DNA from: a virus
Lineage: Duplodnaviria; Caudoviricetes
Length of the DNA: 28,573 nt
Virus record (IMG/VR): IMGVR_UViG_3300005805_000346
Span: 1 to 28,573 of that record
Reading direction: 5' to 3' (one strand)
The translations under genes were made by a program, and so were the position numbers. The notes under the pieces were generated by a model, which searched no databases, was not told where the DNA came from, and saw only the letters and a program-made list of their open reading frames with translations. Positions 7,201 through 17,354 of this stretch are shown piece by piece; position 1 is the first letter of the stretch, and the number at the start of each line of letters is the position of its first letter.

Positions 7201-10146
7201 ATGACAGTCCAAACTTTTACTATAACAAATAATGAACCTAGTACCATAGCTGTTACAAAGTTTGTATTTGATACTCCTAACACCATTGACCATAGTTTTA
7301 ACCTATCAAACTTTGGAGGGTCATCGGCGTTCACGGGCACGCAGTTCACCTGTGATGTGGATATAGCCAGTAGTGCCAGTAAAAGTTTTACAGCAGACTA
7401 TAATAATATAGCCAGTGTTCCTGGATTATATACGGCCACCATTGCAGTCCATATTGACAATGGTGATGTCCTATTATTGGCTAATGCTATCACCGTAAAT
7501 CCACCCATAGCATTACCAGCGGGCACCTATATTAATCCAATCACTGATATTACTCCTGTATTTGCAGAGTTTTATAACACCATTAAAAATCAAATAGAGG
7601 GTATACTCACAGATGGTTATGGATTTAGTGGTCTGACCAGTGTGGATAGAATAGCAGGGCAAAGTATTACCACAGCAGAATGGCAGTTATTGGTAAATGA
7701 TTTTCAAAAGATACAGGTACATCAAACGGGAACTATTTTTGATTCCAGTATCTTTGATTCAACAGTGCCCAGCGTGGATGCCATAAATGAATTTACGGCT
7801 GCTGTCAATACTGCCTTTGCTAACAGCAGCACAGTGGCTATTTCTCAGCTAGGCACCAGTTCATTGACCTCTAGCACACGAAGTATAGCCTGGACTGGTA
7901 CAGACCTGGAGCATATTTTAACTATAACATGGCCTTCATCTACGGCCATGCGACAGTTTTTCAACCTGGGTAGTCGACTACGCAGTGATCTAAGTTATAC
8001 AGGGTCAGATGGGAGCTGGCAGACCATCATAGCGGAAGCTGATGGTAGATTAGCCAATGGTTCATATGGGTGGAGTGAATATACTAACACAAATACTCTA
8101 TTATATGCACAGGGCAGTCTAACTAGCTATGTTTGGACTTCAACCTTTTCAGTATTGGCTGGCAATTCGTTAGGTAAGCATATCAAACTTAGTGCATCTC
8201 GTTCAAGTAGCAGCATAACCTATACACTACATTTAGATCATACAGGCGGCGCAGTGGGCCTCTACCCTAGGCATGATTTTTATTATGAATACAGTAGGGG
8301 TGATGTAGCCGTGGGTGGGTTCACTGGTGTCTTGGCACCCCTACCCTCTACCATTGTGGTCACTAAAAACTTTGATGACGACCCTGTTATTCCCAGTGAG
8401 CCGCCTAGGGCCACCAAAATCATATCAGCGACCATAGATTCCGCCAGTTTTACATTTAATCAGGATTCCACCTCTACCACTAGTACCATAACTGTGGTAA
8501 ACAGTGGTAATAGCCCTGTGTCTGTTAGTGGTATCACCTATACTGCAAATGGGGTAACCGCCATACCCAACTACTCAGGGCTATGGGGTGGCAGTAGTGC
8601 AACCACAATACCCTCGGGCGCCACAAGGACTTTTGGGCTGGCCTATACATCAAATCAACAGGGTTCATATACTAATAACCTCACCATAGCCAGTGACAAC
8701 GACGGTGGCGCTATTACCATAGTGACTAATCAAACTGTGCAAGGACCAGATTACTACTATACAGTCAGCCCAGGTGCTATCTCAGTTACTTTAACCAGCA
8801 CTCAATATGCAGCGTCCCTACTGACTATCAATCAGTTTAATGGTACATATTATACAGGGCCTACTAGCTACGACCCTGGGTATCCAAACAAGACCGGAGC
8901 CCAGGCCAGCAGTTTTGTTCTCGATGCTAATTATCAAGCTGGGCCATTAATAGCCTTTGATCCTGCGGGTAAGAGTAATGGTGTATATGTATGCTCAGTG
9001 AACATCAGCATAAATGGTGTGGTAGTAAATGTGCCTATATCAGTAACCCTAGCTATACCTGTGGCTGTTACCGCCAACCTAGGTAGTTGGATCAGTGGCA
9101 TACAAACTACCAATGCTGTTATAGGTTTTAGCTATGACATCATACAAGACCAACGTTACCTAACCATAGGCTTTGGTACTGGAGCAGACGGTAGTCTCCA
9201 GATAACCAATGGGTCTACCATTTCAGGGGCCTATGCTCAAACCTTTCACCTAACTACCAACAGTGATAACTTATATACACTAGGCCCTGTAGTATACCCT
9301 AGTGAAACAGATTCGGGGTCTGGGATATTTTTCCAAGACTATGGGGTATGGATACGCAGTGCCAGCCTATATTCTGGATTAGAACAAAGTGGGCCTAGAA
9401 ATATAGAGGTAAGTAGAAACTATATTGTTTCTGTGCCCACCACAGGAGATTATACTTGGACTGTGTCCGGAGATTATTCTTACAGCCTATTAATAGATGA
9501 TGTGGTTGTGTTCAGTGGAGTTGGTAACTATTCCGGCACAGATACTGGGTCAGTCTATATAGAAGCAGGTACTAGAAAGATTGGATGGTTGGTTTCTGGA
9601 GACAAATACGGACCAACAGGCATAGCTATTACTCTAAAGAGAACTTCTGATAATCTACAGATATGGAGCACTAGAGATGCCTATAGACCTTCTGTCCCAT
9701 ATTTGAATTGGGCCGATGTACATCGTATACCCATAGCGGCAGATGGCACAGCTCGAACTTACTATAGTAAAGATTATCTCATTAAAAGTTGGCAGTTAAC
9801 CGGACGCCCTTATGAATACTATTATCAAAATAACTGGATGATAAAGGTAGATGATAATGGATCCGGTGAGCTTACTATAACCTTCAACAGTAATCCCACA
9901 GTGTCAGATGATACTATATATTATGCACATGAACTGTTATACTATTTTAGTGAACGTTCTGTAAGAAAGAGTAATATTGGCAGTGCAGAGGGTGATGGTA
10001 GCCAAACACGTTGGTTTAGGGGATTTACCAAAGAAGGGGCAGTGCGTACAGTGCTTCAATCTATACCAGTTGAGCCTCCACCGGGTGGGGGTGGCGGATT
10101 TTATGAAGGTGACCAATCCGCTAGTATAGAAACACAAGAACGATAA
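7201..10146 (+). CDS. Large Ser/Thr/Gly-rich putative virion structural or fibre protein with Ig-like and PA14-like beta domains
   Basis: Beta-rich composition. Ig-like motifs TITVVNSGNSPVSVSGI...YTNNLTIASD, with a similar N-terminal unit TFTITNNEPSTIAV...YTATIAV. PA14-like GDYTWTVSGDYSYSLLIDDVVV...VYIEAGTRKI. Starts 1 nt after the S8 stop. Confidence 0.6.
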   Translation: MTVQTFTITNNEPSTIAVTKFVFDTPNTIDHSFNLSNFGGSSAFTGTQFTCDVDIASSASKSFTADYNNIASVPGLYTATIAVHIDNGDVLLLANAITVNPPIALPAGTYINPITDITPVFAEFYNTIKNQIEGILTDGYGFSGLTSVDRIAGQSITTAEWQLLVNDFQKIQVHQTGTIFDSSIFDSTVPSVDAINEFTAAVNTAFANSSTVAISQLGTSSLTSSTRSIAWTGTDLEHILTITWPSSTAMRQFFNLGSRLRSDLSYTGSDGSWQTIIAEADGRLANGSYGWSEYTNTNTLLYAQGSLTSYVWTSTFSVLAGNSLGKHIKLSASRSSSSITYTLHLDHTGGAVGLYPRHDFYYEYSRGDVAVGGFTGVLAPLPSTIVVTKNFDDDPVIPSEPPRATKIISATIDSASFTFNQDSTSTTSTITVVNSGNSPVSVSGITYTANGVTAIPNYSGLWGGSSATTIPSGATRTFGLAYTSNQQGSYTNNLTIASDNDGGAITIVTNQTVQGPDYYYTVSPGAISVTLTSTQYAASLLTINQFNGTYYTGPTSYDPGYPNKTGAQASSFVLDANYQAGPLIAFDPAGKSNGVYVCSVNISINGVVVNVPISVTLAIPVAVTANLGSWISGIQTTNAVIGFSYDIIQDQRYLTIGFGTGADGSLQITNGSTISGAYAQTFHLTTNSDNLYTLGPVVYPSETDSGSGIFFQDYGVWIRSASLYSGLEQSGPRNIEVSRNYIVSVPTTGDYTWTVSGDYSYSLLIDDVVVFSGVGNYSGTDTGSVYIEAGTRKIGWLVSGDKYGPTGIAITLKRTSDNLQIWSTRDAYRPSVPYLNWADVHRIPIAADGTARTYYSKDYLIKSWQLTGRPYEYYYQNNWMIKVDDNGSGELTITFNSNPTVSDDTIYYAHELLYYFSERSVRKSNIGSAEGDGSQTRWFRGFTKEGAVRTVLQSIPVEPPPGGGGGFYEGDQSASIETQER

Positions 10147-10187
10147 AAAATTTACACTGCACAAATATCTAGCATAATTATTATATT

Positions 10188-12407
10188 ATGACAGAATGTT
10201 ACCTTCTTGATGAAGAAATAGTTAAACAGGTTGAATGGACAGGTGATCCAGAACTGTATGATCTCGCACTTAAACGTGCAGGTCCTAAGGGTGTGCCTTT
10301 TCTTGTACAGAACCCTTGGGTAGCAGATAGCAGACCATTTTATTTTATTGACAATATTCCAGAAACAGATACTTGTATTGTATGGAGTTATCAAGGAGAA
10401 TGGCAGGCCAAATATTTTCCTGCCAAGTGGCGGCCTGAAAAGGGATATACTAGCTTAGAAATAGAAATCCCACAGTTTGTATGGCGTAAGAATCCTGACT
10501 TTGATAGGGCAATGATCTTTGAAGATGATATTTTCGGATCATTTAAACCAGATAGTTGGCAGGCACAGCACGAACTAGTTTGGTATATTGATCCTAGGTT
10601 CAATCCATTAGAAGACAAGGTATGGGCAATCAACTGTAAACCCATAGGGAGACCTACTCTAGGTATAATAGACATGGGTTATGTTACGCCGCAGGTAAAA
10701 GTCGAATATAATACAGATTTACCTGAGTTAGATCTGGACTTGGATAGTATGATGCCTTCATATTATGATCTACTTTATGAAAATGTTTATACTCTTAGTG
10801 ATGAATATATAGATACAAAAGATGAGATTTGGGTAGTAAAAATTATACCAGCATATAGAACTGCTGTTGGTTACAAAAAACAAGGTGAAGTTAATATTGA
10901 ACCTGTATTAGAATATAATCCAGCTCTTCCTAAATTGAGTTATGACTTATCGATAAAAGTTCCATTATCCTATCTTAACTATGAAATGATATATCTATTA
11001 GATCGTAGGCATTTAATAGATGACAAAGGTATGTGGGCTTTTCGTATTAAATTTACAGAAAATGTTATGGGCGAGAAAGTCGTAGGTGAAATTAGTCCAT
11101 CTGTAACTGTTGTCTATAATCAACACTTACCTGAGTTAAACTACGATTTAGAATTCTATCCTAAGTTCTATGATTTTGTTTATGAACATTTGTGGTTTAT
11201 TAATAAGAAACATTGTGTTGATGCACCTGAACCTATCTATGCTTTTAAACTAAGTTACGTAAGTAAAATTTTAGGTACAAAAGAACACGGTGAAATAGAT
11301 CCTATTGCCCAAATAGAATTTAATCCGGAACTACCGGTATTAAGTTATAATGATGTAGATTATATTGTGCCTTACTATGACTTCTCATATGAGCATGTTT
11401 GGATGCTTGATCCTAGACATTGCCAAAATGCTGTAGAACCTATCTGGGCATTTAAAGTTGCCTACACAGATAAGATAAAAGGTGCTAAGGTAATCGATGA
11501 TGTTAGTCCGGTAATAACATATGAAAAGAATACTGACTTACCTAATATTGATATAAAAATAGATTACAATATTCCTTATTATGATTTTGAGTATAGGCAC
11601 ATCTGGTACTGGGTGAATGAAAAGAATGAGAAGATTTGGACTGTCAAAGCACAACTGGTAGAAGAACCCATAGGCGATAAAGATGCAGAAGAAGTAGAAT
11701 TCCGTCTACCTAAAAAACTTGATGTGGTCTTTATTAGTTATAAAGAGCCTAACGCAGAAGAAAATTGGAAAAGAGTCTTAGACAAGGCACCGTGGGCAAA
11801 ACGTGTTAAAGATGTTAGAGGTATATTTGAAGCACATAAACAAGCTGCGAAAGTAGCACGAACTGATGTTTTCTATGTTGTAGACGGTGATGCATGGCTG
11901 GTTGATGATTGGAAATTTGAGTTTCAGCCTGGAATATTTGATCGTGATGCTACTTATCTATGGCAAAGCCAAAATCCTATCAATGGGTTGACTTATGGTT
12001 ATGGAGGAGTGAAATTATTTTCAAAAGAAAAAATAAAAAATGCAGAAACTTGGGACACGTTAGACCTAAGTACAACCATATCTCCTAAGGTTAATGTAAT
12101 AGATACAGTTAGTTGTATTACCGCATTTAATACTGATAATTTCAGTGTGTGGCGAAGTGCTTTTAGAGAGGCTGTAAAACTTAGCGCAAACTTAGATAAA
12201 GATCCGACTGATAATGACAGTAAAAATAGATTATATGTTTGGTGTAGTAAAGGCGCTAATGAACCATTTGGTGAATATTCTGTTCATGGAGCCTTGGATG
12301 GCGTTATCTATTATAAAAAACATAAAAACAACTTGGATGAATTACTTAAAATTAATAACAGAGTATGGTTGTATAATTGGTATATAGAACAGTATAATAT
12401 AATATGA
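10188..12407 (+). CDS. Glycosyltransferase-like protein (GT-A, DxD) with six N-terminal repeats of about 68 aa
   Basis: C-terminal domain DVVFISYKEPNAEENW...GIFEAHKQAA...FYVVDGDAW...YGYGGVKLF is GT2-like. Repeats span aa 96-505. Confidence 0.65.
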   Translation: MTECYLLDEEIVKQVEWTGDPELYDLALKRAGPKGVPFLVQNPWVADSRPFYFIDNIPETDTCIVWSYQGEWQAKYFPAKWRPEKGYTSLEIEIPQFVWRKNPDFDRAMIFEDDIFGSFKPDSWQAQHELVWYIDPRFNPLEDKVWAINCKPIGRPTLGIIDMGYVTPQVKVEYNTDLPELDLDLDSMMPSYYDLLYENVYTLSDEYIDTKDEIWVVKIIPAYRTAVGYKKQGEVNIEPVLEYNPALPKLSYDLSIKVPLSYLNYEMIYLLDRRHLIDDKGMWAFRIKFTENVMGEKVVGEISPSVTVVYNQHLPELNYDLEFYPKFYDFVYEHLWFINKKHCVDAPEPIYAFKLSYVSKILGTKEHGEIDPIAQIEFNPELPVLSYNDVDYIVPYYDFSYEHVWMLDPRHCQNAVEPIWAFKVAYTDKIKGAKVIDDVSPVITYEKNTDLPNIDIKIDYNIPYYDFEYRHIWYWVNEKNEKIWTVKAQLVEEPIGDKDAEEVEFRLPKKLDVVFISYKEPNAEENWKRVLDKAPWAKRVKDVRGIFEAHKQAAKVARTDVFYVVDGDAWLVDDWKFEFQPGIFDRDATYLWQSQNPINGLTYGYGGVKLFSKEKIKNAETWDTLDLSTTISPKVNVIDTVSCITAFNTDNFSVWRSAFREAVKLSANLDKDPTDNDSKNRLYVWCSKGANEPFGEYSVHGALDGVIYYKKHKNNLDELLKINNRVWLYNWYIEQYNII

Positions 12408-14005
12408 CAAAGTTTGTTGTTTACAATTTCCCTAATAGAAAAAATTATGGTTTTACAGAGTTCTATCAAAAAGCAGAGCTCATGCGGGATAAATTGGACA
12501 CAGTTAGTCCAAGTATTTGTCTTGCAAAATGGTTACAAGTAAGTATTAATCTTACAAATGGCACTACACAGAGTTGTTACCATCCCCCTCCGCATGTGAT
12601 TCCTATTACGGAACTTAAGCGTGATGTTGGTGCGCTTCATAATACAGCGCATAAGAAACAAGAGCGTAAATTAATGCTATCTGGAAAACGGCCCGAAGGC
12701 TGTAACTATTGCTGGAGAGTTGAAGATGCAGGGCAAGGTAATCATCTTAGCGATAGACACTATAAATCAAGTGAATGGTGGGCTGTTGATCAATTTGATG
12801 ATGTAACTGGTAAAGATCATAGCTATAAGGTTTTACCTAAATATGTAGAAGTTAACTTTAATAGAACCTGTAATTTCAAATGTATGTACTGTAGTCCCCA
12901 TATTAGTACAACCTGGCAAGAAGAAATAGAACAGTTTGGTCCTTATAAGGTGTTAGATTATGTACATAACGATCTTTCTTTTTTAAAGAAAGATGGATTC
13001 ATGCCTCTCGAGGTTGCTAACAAAGATAACCCCTATGTAGAAGCATTTTGGAAATGGTGGCCGGATCTATATCCTGGACTGCGTGTATTTAGGATGACAG
13101 GTGGTGAACCCTTACTGGATAAAAATACATTTAAGGTATTAGATTATGTTATTGAGCATCCTAATAATAAATTAGAACTTAGCATAACAAGTAATCTTTG
13201 TCCTACTGATCAAAAACTCTATGACAAGTTCATTAATAAAGTTAAACAAATTGAAACTGTCAAACAACTAGTGGATAAGGATACATTTCCAGGTAAAGAG
13301 TTTTTATACTATGACAAAGGTGTAAAACATTTTTGGCTCTATGTAAGTTTTGATAGTGTAGGAGCTCAGGCAGAGTATATAAGAACTGGATTAGAATTTG
13401 ATCGTATGGTAGAAAATATTAAAACCTTTCTAAGAGAAACACGTTTTAGTACAATTAGTTTTATCAATACTTTTAACCTTTTAAGTATACCAGGACTTAA
13501 AGGGTATCTTCAGTTAATATTAGACCTAAGAACTGAGTTCGGTGGTGCTGGTCAAATAGAAGAATTTATTTTACCTGAACTTAATCCTGTAGAAAAATTT
13601 TATAGTCTCAAACCGAAAGGTTTTCAAAAGAAGAAGTTTCAGCGTATATACTTTGATATTCCATTATTAAATTATCCTAATTGGTTAGATGTGAGAAACG
13701 CTACCCCTGATCTAATAAACATGACTAAAGAATGTTTAGAGTTCATGAAGAATAATGAACAAGATAAAAACTATCTGACTACATTTCAAGGATTTAAACC
13801 GCACGAAATTTTAAAGTTAGAGAGAAACATTTCTATAATGGAAGAATCTTTTGACAATAATACTCTACGTACGAATAGGAAACAGTTTTATGAATGGATA
13901 CAACAATATGATAAACGAAGGAATCTAAATTTCCGTGAGACTTTTCCTGAAATGGCAAGGTTTTATGGTCAATGTAAAAATTTAAGTAGGAGCATATATG
14001 CCTAG
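12404..14005 (+). CDS. Radical SAM protein with N-terminal twitch-like domain (subgroup A, #1)
   Basis: CNFKCMYC and TGGEP; N-terminal CLAKW...SCYH...CNYC; ATGA overlap. Confidence 0.9.
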   Translation: MTKFVVYNFPNRKNYGFTEFYQKAELMRDKLDTVSPSICLAKWLQVSINLTNGTTQSCYHPPPHVIPITELKRDVGALHNTAHKKQERKLMLSGKRPEGCNYCWRVEDAGQGNHLSDRHYKSSEWWAVDQFDDVTGKDHSYKVLPKYVEVNFNRTCNFKCMYCSPHISTTWQEEIEQFGPYKVLDYVHNDLSFLKKDGFMPLEVANKDNPYVEAFWKWWPDLYPGLRVFRMTGGEPLLDKNTFKVLDYVIEHPNNKLELSITSNLCPTDQKLYDKFINKVKQIETVKQLVDKDTFPGKEFLYYDKGVKHFWLYVSFDSVGAQAEYIRTGLEFDRMVENIKTFLRETRFSTISFINTFNLLSIPGLKGYLQLILDLRTEFGGAGQIEEFILPELNPVEKFYSLKPKGFQKKKFQRIYFDIPLLNYPNWLDVRNATPDLINMTKECLEFMKNNEQDKNYLTTFQGFKPHEILKLERNISIMEESFDNNTLRTNRKQFYEWIQQYDKRRNLNFRETFPEMARFYGQCKNLSRSIYA

Positions 14006-15527
14006 AAATAATGAGTCTTTTGCAGAATATAAAGTAAGGATTATTGATCCTATAAGTGAAAGTTTTTGTGCTGCTAAATGGCTTAACGCAACCATATGGT
14101 TAGGGAACGGACAGACTACAAGTTGTCACCATCCGCTAGGACACCAAATTGACGCAGAAGAACTTATTGATAACCCTAGTGCTATTCATAATACCAAGCA
14201 CAAAAAATTAATGCGTAAAATGATGCAGGCTGGAGTCAGGCCGCAAGAGTGTGAATATTGTTGGAAGATAGAAGATATTGGAAGAAATAATATTAGTGAT
14301 CGTGCTTACAAGACAGCTGTTTTTAAAGATGAACATATTATAGAAGCTGCCAATAGTAAATGGGATACTAATACCATGCTCAGGACATTAGAGATTAGTT
14401 TCGATCGTACCTGTAACTTTGCCTGTTCATATTGTAATCCTAGTTTCAGCACTACATGGGTGAGAGATATTCATAAGTATGGCCCATATCGTAATATTAA
14501 CGGAGATGCTCGCAGTCATTTTATTAACGAAGCACCCCATGCTAAACCAATTCCTGATGATGAAAATCCATATACACAGGCTTTTTGGCGTTGGTGGGAG
14601 GAGGGTCTTGCAGATAATCTAGAAGAAATTCGAATTACCGGCGGTGAACCTTTAATGGCCCCGGGTGTATGGAAGTTATTCGAATGGTTTAAGAATAATC
14701 AGGACAGAGTAAAAAATAGACCGGATGGTGGTGTGCTTCGTTATGCCATCAATAGCAATCTTGTACCCAAAGACGATATAATGGATAAGCTACTGGAGTA
14801 TAGTCATTATGTGCCACATCTTGAAATATATACTAGCGGAGAAAGTATAGGCGCACATGGCGAATATATTAGAGATGGATTAGATTATAAAAAATGGTTA
14901 CATAACCTACATAGGTTACACACAGAAGGTAACGTAAAGAAAACTCATTTAATGATGACCATTAATAGTTTATGTTTAGCCAGTATAACTGAATTTATGG
15001 ACGACATACTAGATTTTAAAGTTAAACATCAAACTGTTTATCCTACTATGAGCTTGAATATATTACGTTTTCCTAGTTTCCAAAGTTGTGCAATGTTACC
15101 TGTTAGTATAAGACAAAAATATAAACAGAAACTACAGGATTGGTTGGATGATCAAATAGCTAAGAACACAAAAATTATGCAGGCTAACGGACATGATCAT
15201 CCTGTATTGATGGATATCGAACGCGAACAAACACAGCGTTTAATAGACTACTTAGATATCATCAAGACTCCGCACAAAAATGTAATTAACATGCCACAGC
15301 AGCAACTTGATTTCAAGAATTTCTACAGTCAATATGATATAAGAAGAAACAAAGATTTTAGGTCTACATTTCCACAAGAATTTGTAGAATGGTTTGATAG
15401 TATAAAAGCAGATGTGCCTACTGAAAAGGAAATCTTGTCTGGTAAATATAAAGTTAAAACGGGTGTTATTCCCATACATCCATCAGAAGATCCTAGTACG
15501 GACGCATTTTTCAATCCCGATTTATAG
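13998..15527 (+). CDS. Radical SAM protein with N-terminal twitch-like domain (subgroup A, #2)
   Basis: CNFACSYC and TGGEP; CAAKW...SCHH...CEYC; AGGAG RBS. Confidence 0.9.
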   Translation: MPRNNESFAEYKVRIIDPISESFCAAKWLNATIWLGNGQTTSCHHPLGHQIDAEELIDNPSAIHNTKHKKLMRKMMQAGVRPQECEYCWKIEDIGRNNISDRAYKTAVFKDEHIIEAANSKWDTNTMLRTLEISFDRTCNFACSYCNPSFSTTWVRDIHKYGPYRNINGDARSHFINEAPHAKPIPDDENPYTQAFWRWWEEGLADNLEEIRITGGEPLMAPGVWKLFEWFKNNQDRVKNRPDGGVLRYAINSNLVPKDDIMDKLLEYSHYVPHLEIYTSGESIGAHGEYIRDGLDYKKWLHNLHRLHTEGNVKKTHLMMTINSLCLASITEFMDDILDFKVKHQTVYPTMSLNILRFPSFQSCAMLPVSIRQKYKQKLQDWLDDQIAKNTKIMQANGHDHPVLMDIEREQTQRLIDYLDIIKTPHKNVINMPQQQLDFKNFYSQYDIRRNKDFRSTFPQEFVEWFDSIKADVPTEKEILSGKYKVKTGVIPIHPSEDPSTDAFFNPDL

Positions 15528-15535
15528 AGGTTAAC

Positions 15536-16216
15536 ATGAATATATTGGTTTTAGGCGGTGGAACTAAAGGTAAATTTGGCAATGATTTTGTCTCTAAGGC
15601 AAAAGAAGAAGGTCATGCAGTAAAAGTATTAAGTCACATAGATCATCAATACAATGATCCTAATTACTCTTGGGCCAACTATGACGACTTAGATGATGTA
15701 AGAATAAAAATAAAGGATCTAGTAAAAGATTTACCTTGTATAGATTTGGTTTTGTTTAATCAAAATCATGCAGGACATCCTAATGGTAAAGTTTTTGTTA
15801 ATAATCCCAGCGAATACGAATATTATAAAACCTTACGCATTCAAGTAGTTATACCACATGTTACTGTAGAAAATGTCTACGATAAGTTACACGCTTCAAG
15901 TAAAATTGTTTTTATGACAACAAATTGTGCCTTGACATTTGAAAATGATAAATGGACGGATTTAGCAGGCTATTCAGGAGGAAAGGCCTATGCTCTACAT
16001 TTGATGAGATTAATAGCAATGCATAACGATATCGGATTTACCTGTCATGCAGTTAGTCCTAGTTTTAGATATGACGACCTGGATCATTATAATAATGTAT
16101 TCTCTCACACCTATAAACATATTATGAATCATGGTCAAGATTTTAATGGAAAAATAGTAGGTTCCTGGGATCCTAATGGTCATATGCCAATAGTTGGGCA
16201 AATACAATGGAAATAA
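15536..16216 (+). CDS. Short-chain dehydrogenase/reductase (SDR)
   Basis: Rossmann start NILVLGGGTKGKFG, IDLVLFNQN, KIVFMTT, catalytic YxxxK (YSGGK), AVSP; GAGG RBS. Confidence 0.75.
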   Translation: MNILVLGGGTKGKFGNDFVSKAKEEGHAVKVLSHIDHQYNDPNYSWANYDDLDDVRIKIKDLVKDLPCIDLVLFNQNHAGHPNGKVFVNNPSEYEYYKTLRIQVVIPHVTVENVYDKLHASSKIVFMTTNCALTFENDKWTDLAGYSGGKAYALHLMRLIAMHNDIGFTCHAVSPSFRYDDLDHYNNVFSHTYKHIMNHGQDFNGKIVGSWDPNGHMPIVGQIQWK

Positions 16217-16217
16217 T

Positions 16218-17354
16218 ATGACAGAAAATAAATTTTATTGTAAGGCACCTTGGACAGCATTATTTTTGCACCCAAGTGGTGGTGTAAAATGTTGTTGTTC
16301 AGGGTATGCAGACTGGGGTAATATCAAAGAAGAGAATATCGAGGATATACTAAACAAACCTATTGTAAAACAACTACGCCAGGACATCATTAGTGGAGTG
16401 GAAAATCAATATTGTCATAGTTGCAGAGAACAGGAGAGATTAAGCAGCACTAGTCAAAGGAGTTATTTTGATAAGTTTACTATTCCCGATTATAAATTAC
16501 AGGATCCAAACTTATTTGAATTGTATTCTTTAGATATTAGATGGAACAATCTTTGTAACCTAAGTTGTGTGTATTGTAATGAGCAATGGAGTACAACTTG
16601 GGAAAAGATAAAAGGTATTCCTATCAATCCTGCAAAACGACCGTACCACGAAAATATTTTAAATTATATTAAAGACAATGGTAAAAACGTAGAATCCATT
16701 ATTGTCGCAGGTGGAGAGCCTATGATGCATAAGCAAAATGTGCAACTTTTAGAGTCTCTCAATGAGGATGTTGATATTGGCTTTATCACAAACTTAACCA
16801 TTGATTTAAAGAACAATCAAGTTTACAATATCCTTAAGACAAGAAAAAATGTAACTTGGTCTATTAGTTTAGAAGGGTCTGGAGATGCATTTGAGTTTAT
16901 TCGAAGAGGCGCTAAATGGGATAAAATGCGAGAGAATCTAGACATTCTTAAATCTAACCTAGCTGGAAATCAAAGTTTGTTTTTCTTTAGTGTATGGTGC
17001 CTGTTGAGCACTAATAGATTAGTAGAGTTTTATAAACTCGCTGAAGAATACCAAGCTAAAGTACATTGGCAGCAACTAATAGGTCCTGAAGAGCTGAATC
17101 TTTTTAAGTTTAGTGATCCTGTTAGGAAATTTGCATATGATAAAGTATGCGAGTTATTAGAACATCCTTTAACTAAAAATGTTTCTTACGGTTTAAACTT
17201 TTTACAACATGGAAAAGACGAAATACTAAATGATTTAACACATGATCCTATAGATTTAAAATTTAGAAGTTTCATTAATAGTTACGAACAGCACAGTAAC
17301 TTAAAATTTGCCGATATTTGGCCAGAACTAGACGCTATTATACAGAATGGTTAA
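16218..17354 (+). CDS. Radical SAM protein with N-terminal SPASM/twitch domain (subgroup B, #3; start revised to 16218)
   Basis: CNLSCVYC and AGGEP; CKAPW...GGVKCCC...WGNI...CHSC. Confidence 0.9.
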   Translation: MTENKFYCKAPWTALFLHPSGGVKCCCSGYADWGNIKEENIEDILNKPIVKQLRQDIISGVENQYCHSCREQERLSSTSQRSYFDKFTIPDYKLQDPNLFELYSLDIRWNNLCNLSCVYCNEQWSTTWEKIKGIPINPAKRPYHENILNYIKDNGKNVESIIVAGGEPMMHKQNVQLLESLNEDVDIGFITNLTIDLKNNQVYNILKTRKNVTWSISLEGSGDAFEFIRRGAKWDKMRENLDILKSNLAGNQSLFFFSVWCLLSTNRLVEFYKLAEEYQAKVHWQQLIGPEELNLFKFSDPVRKFAYDKVCELLEHPLTKNVSYGLNFLQHGKDEILNDLTHDPIDLKFRSFINSYEQHSNLKFADIWPELDAIIQNG

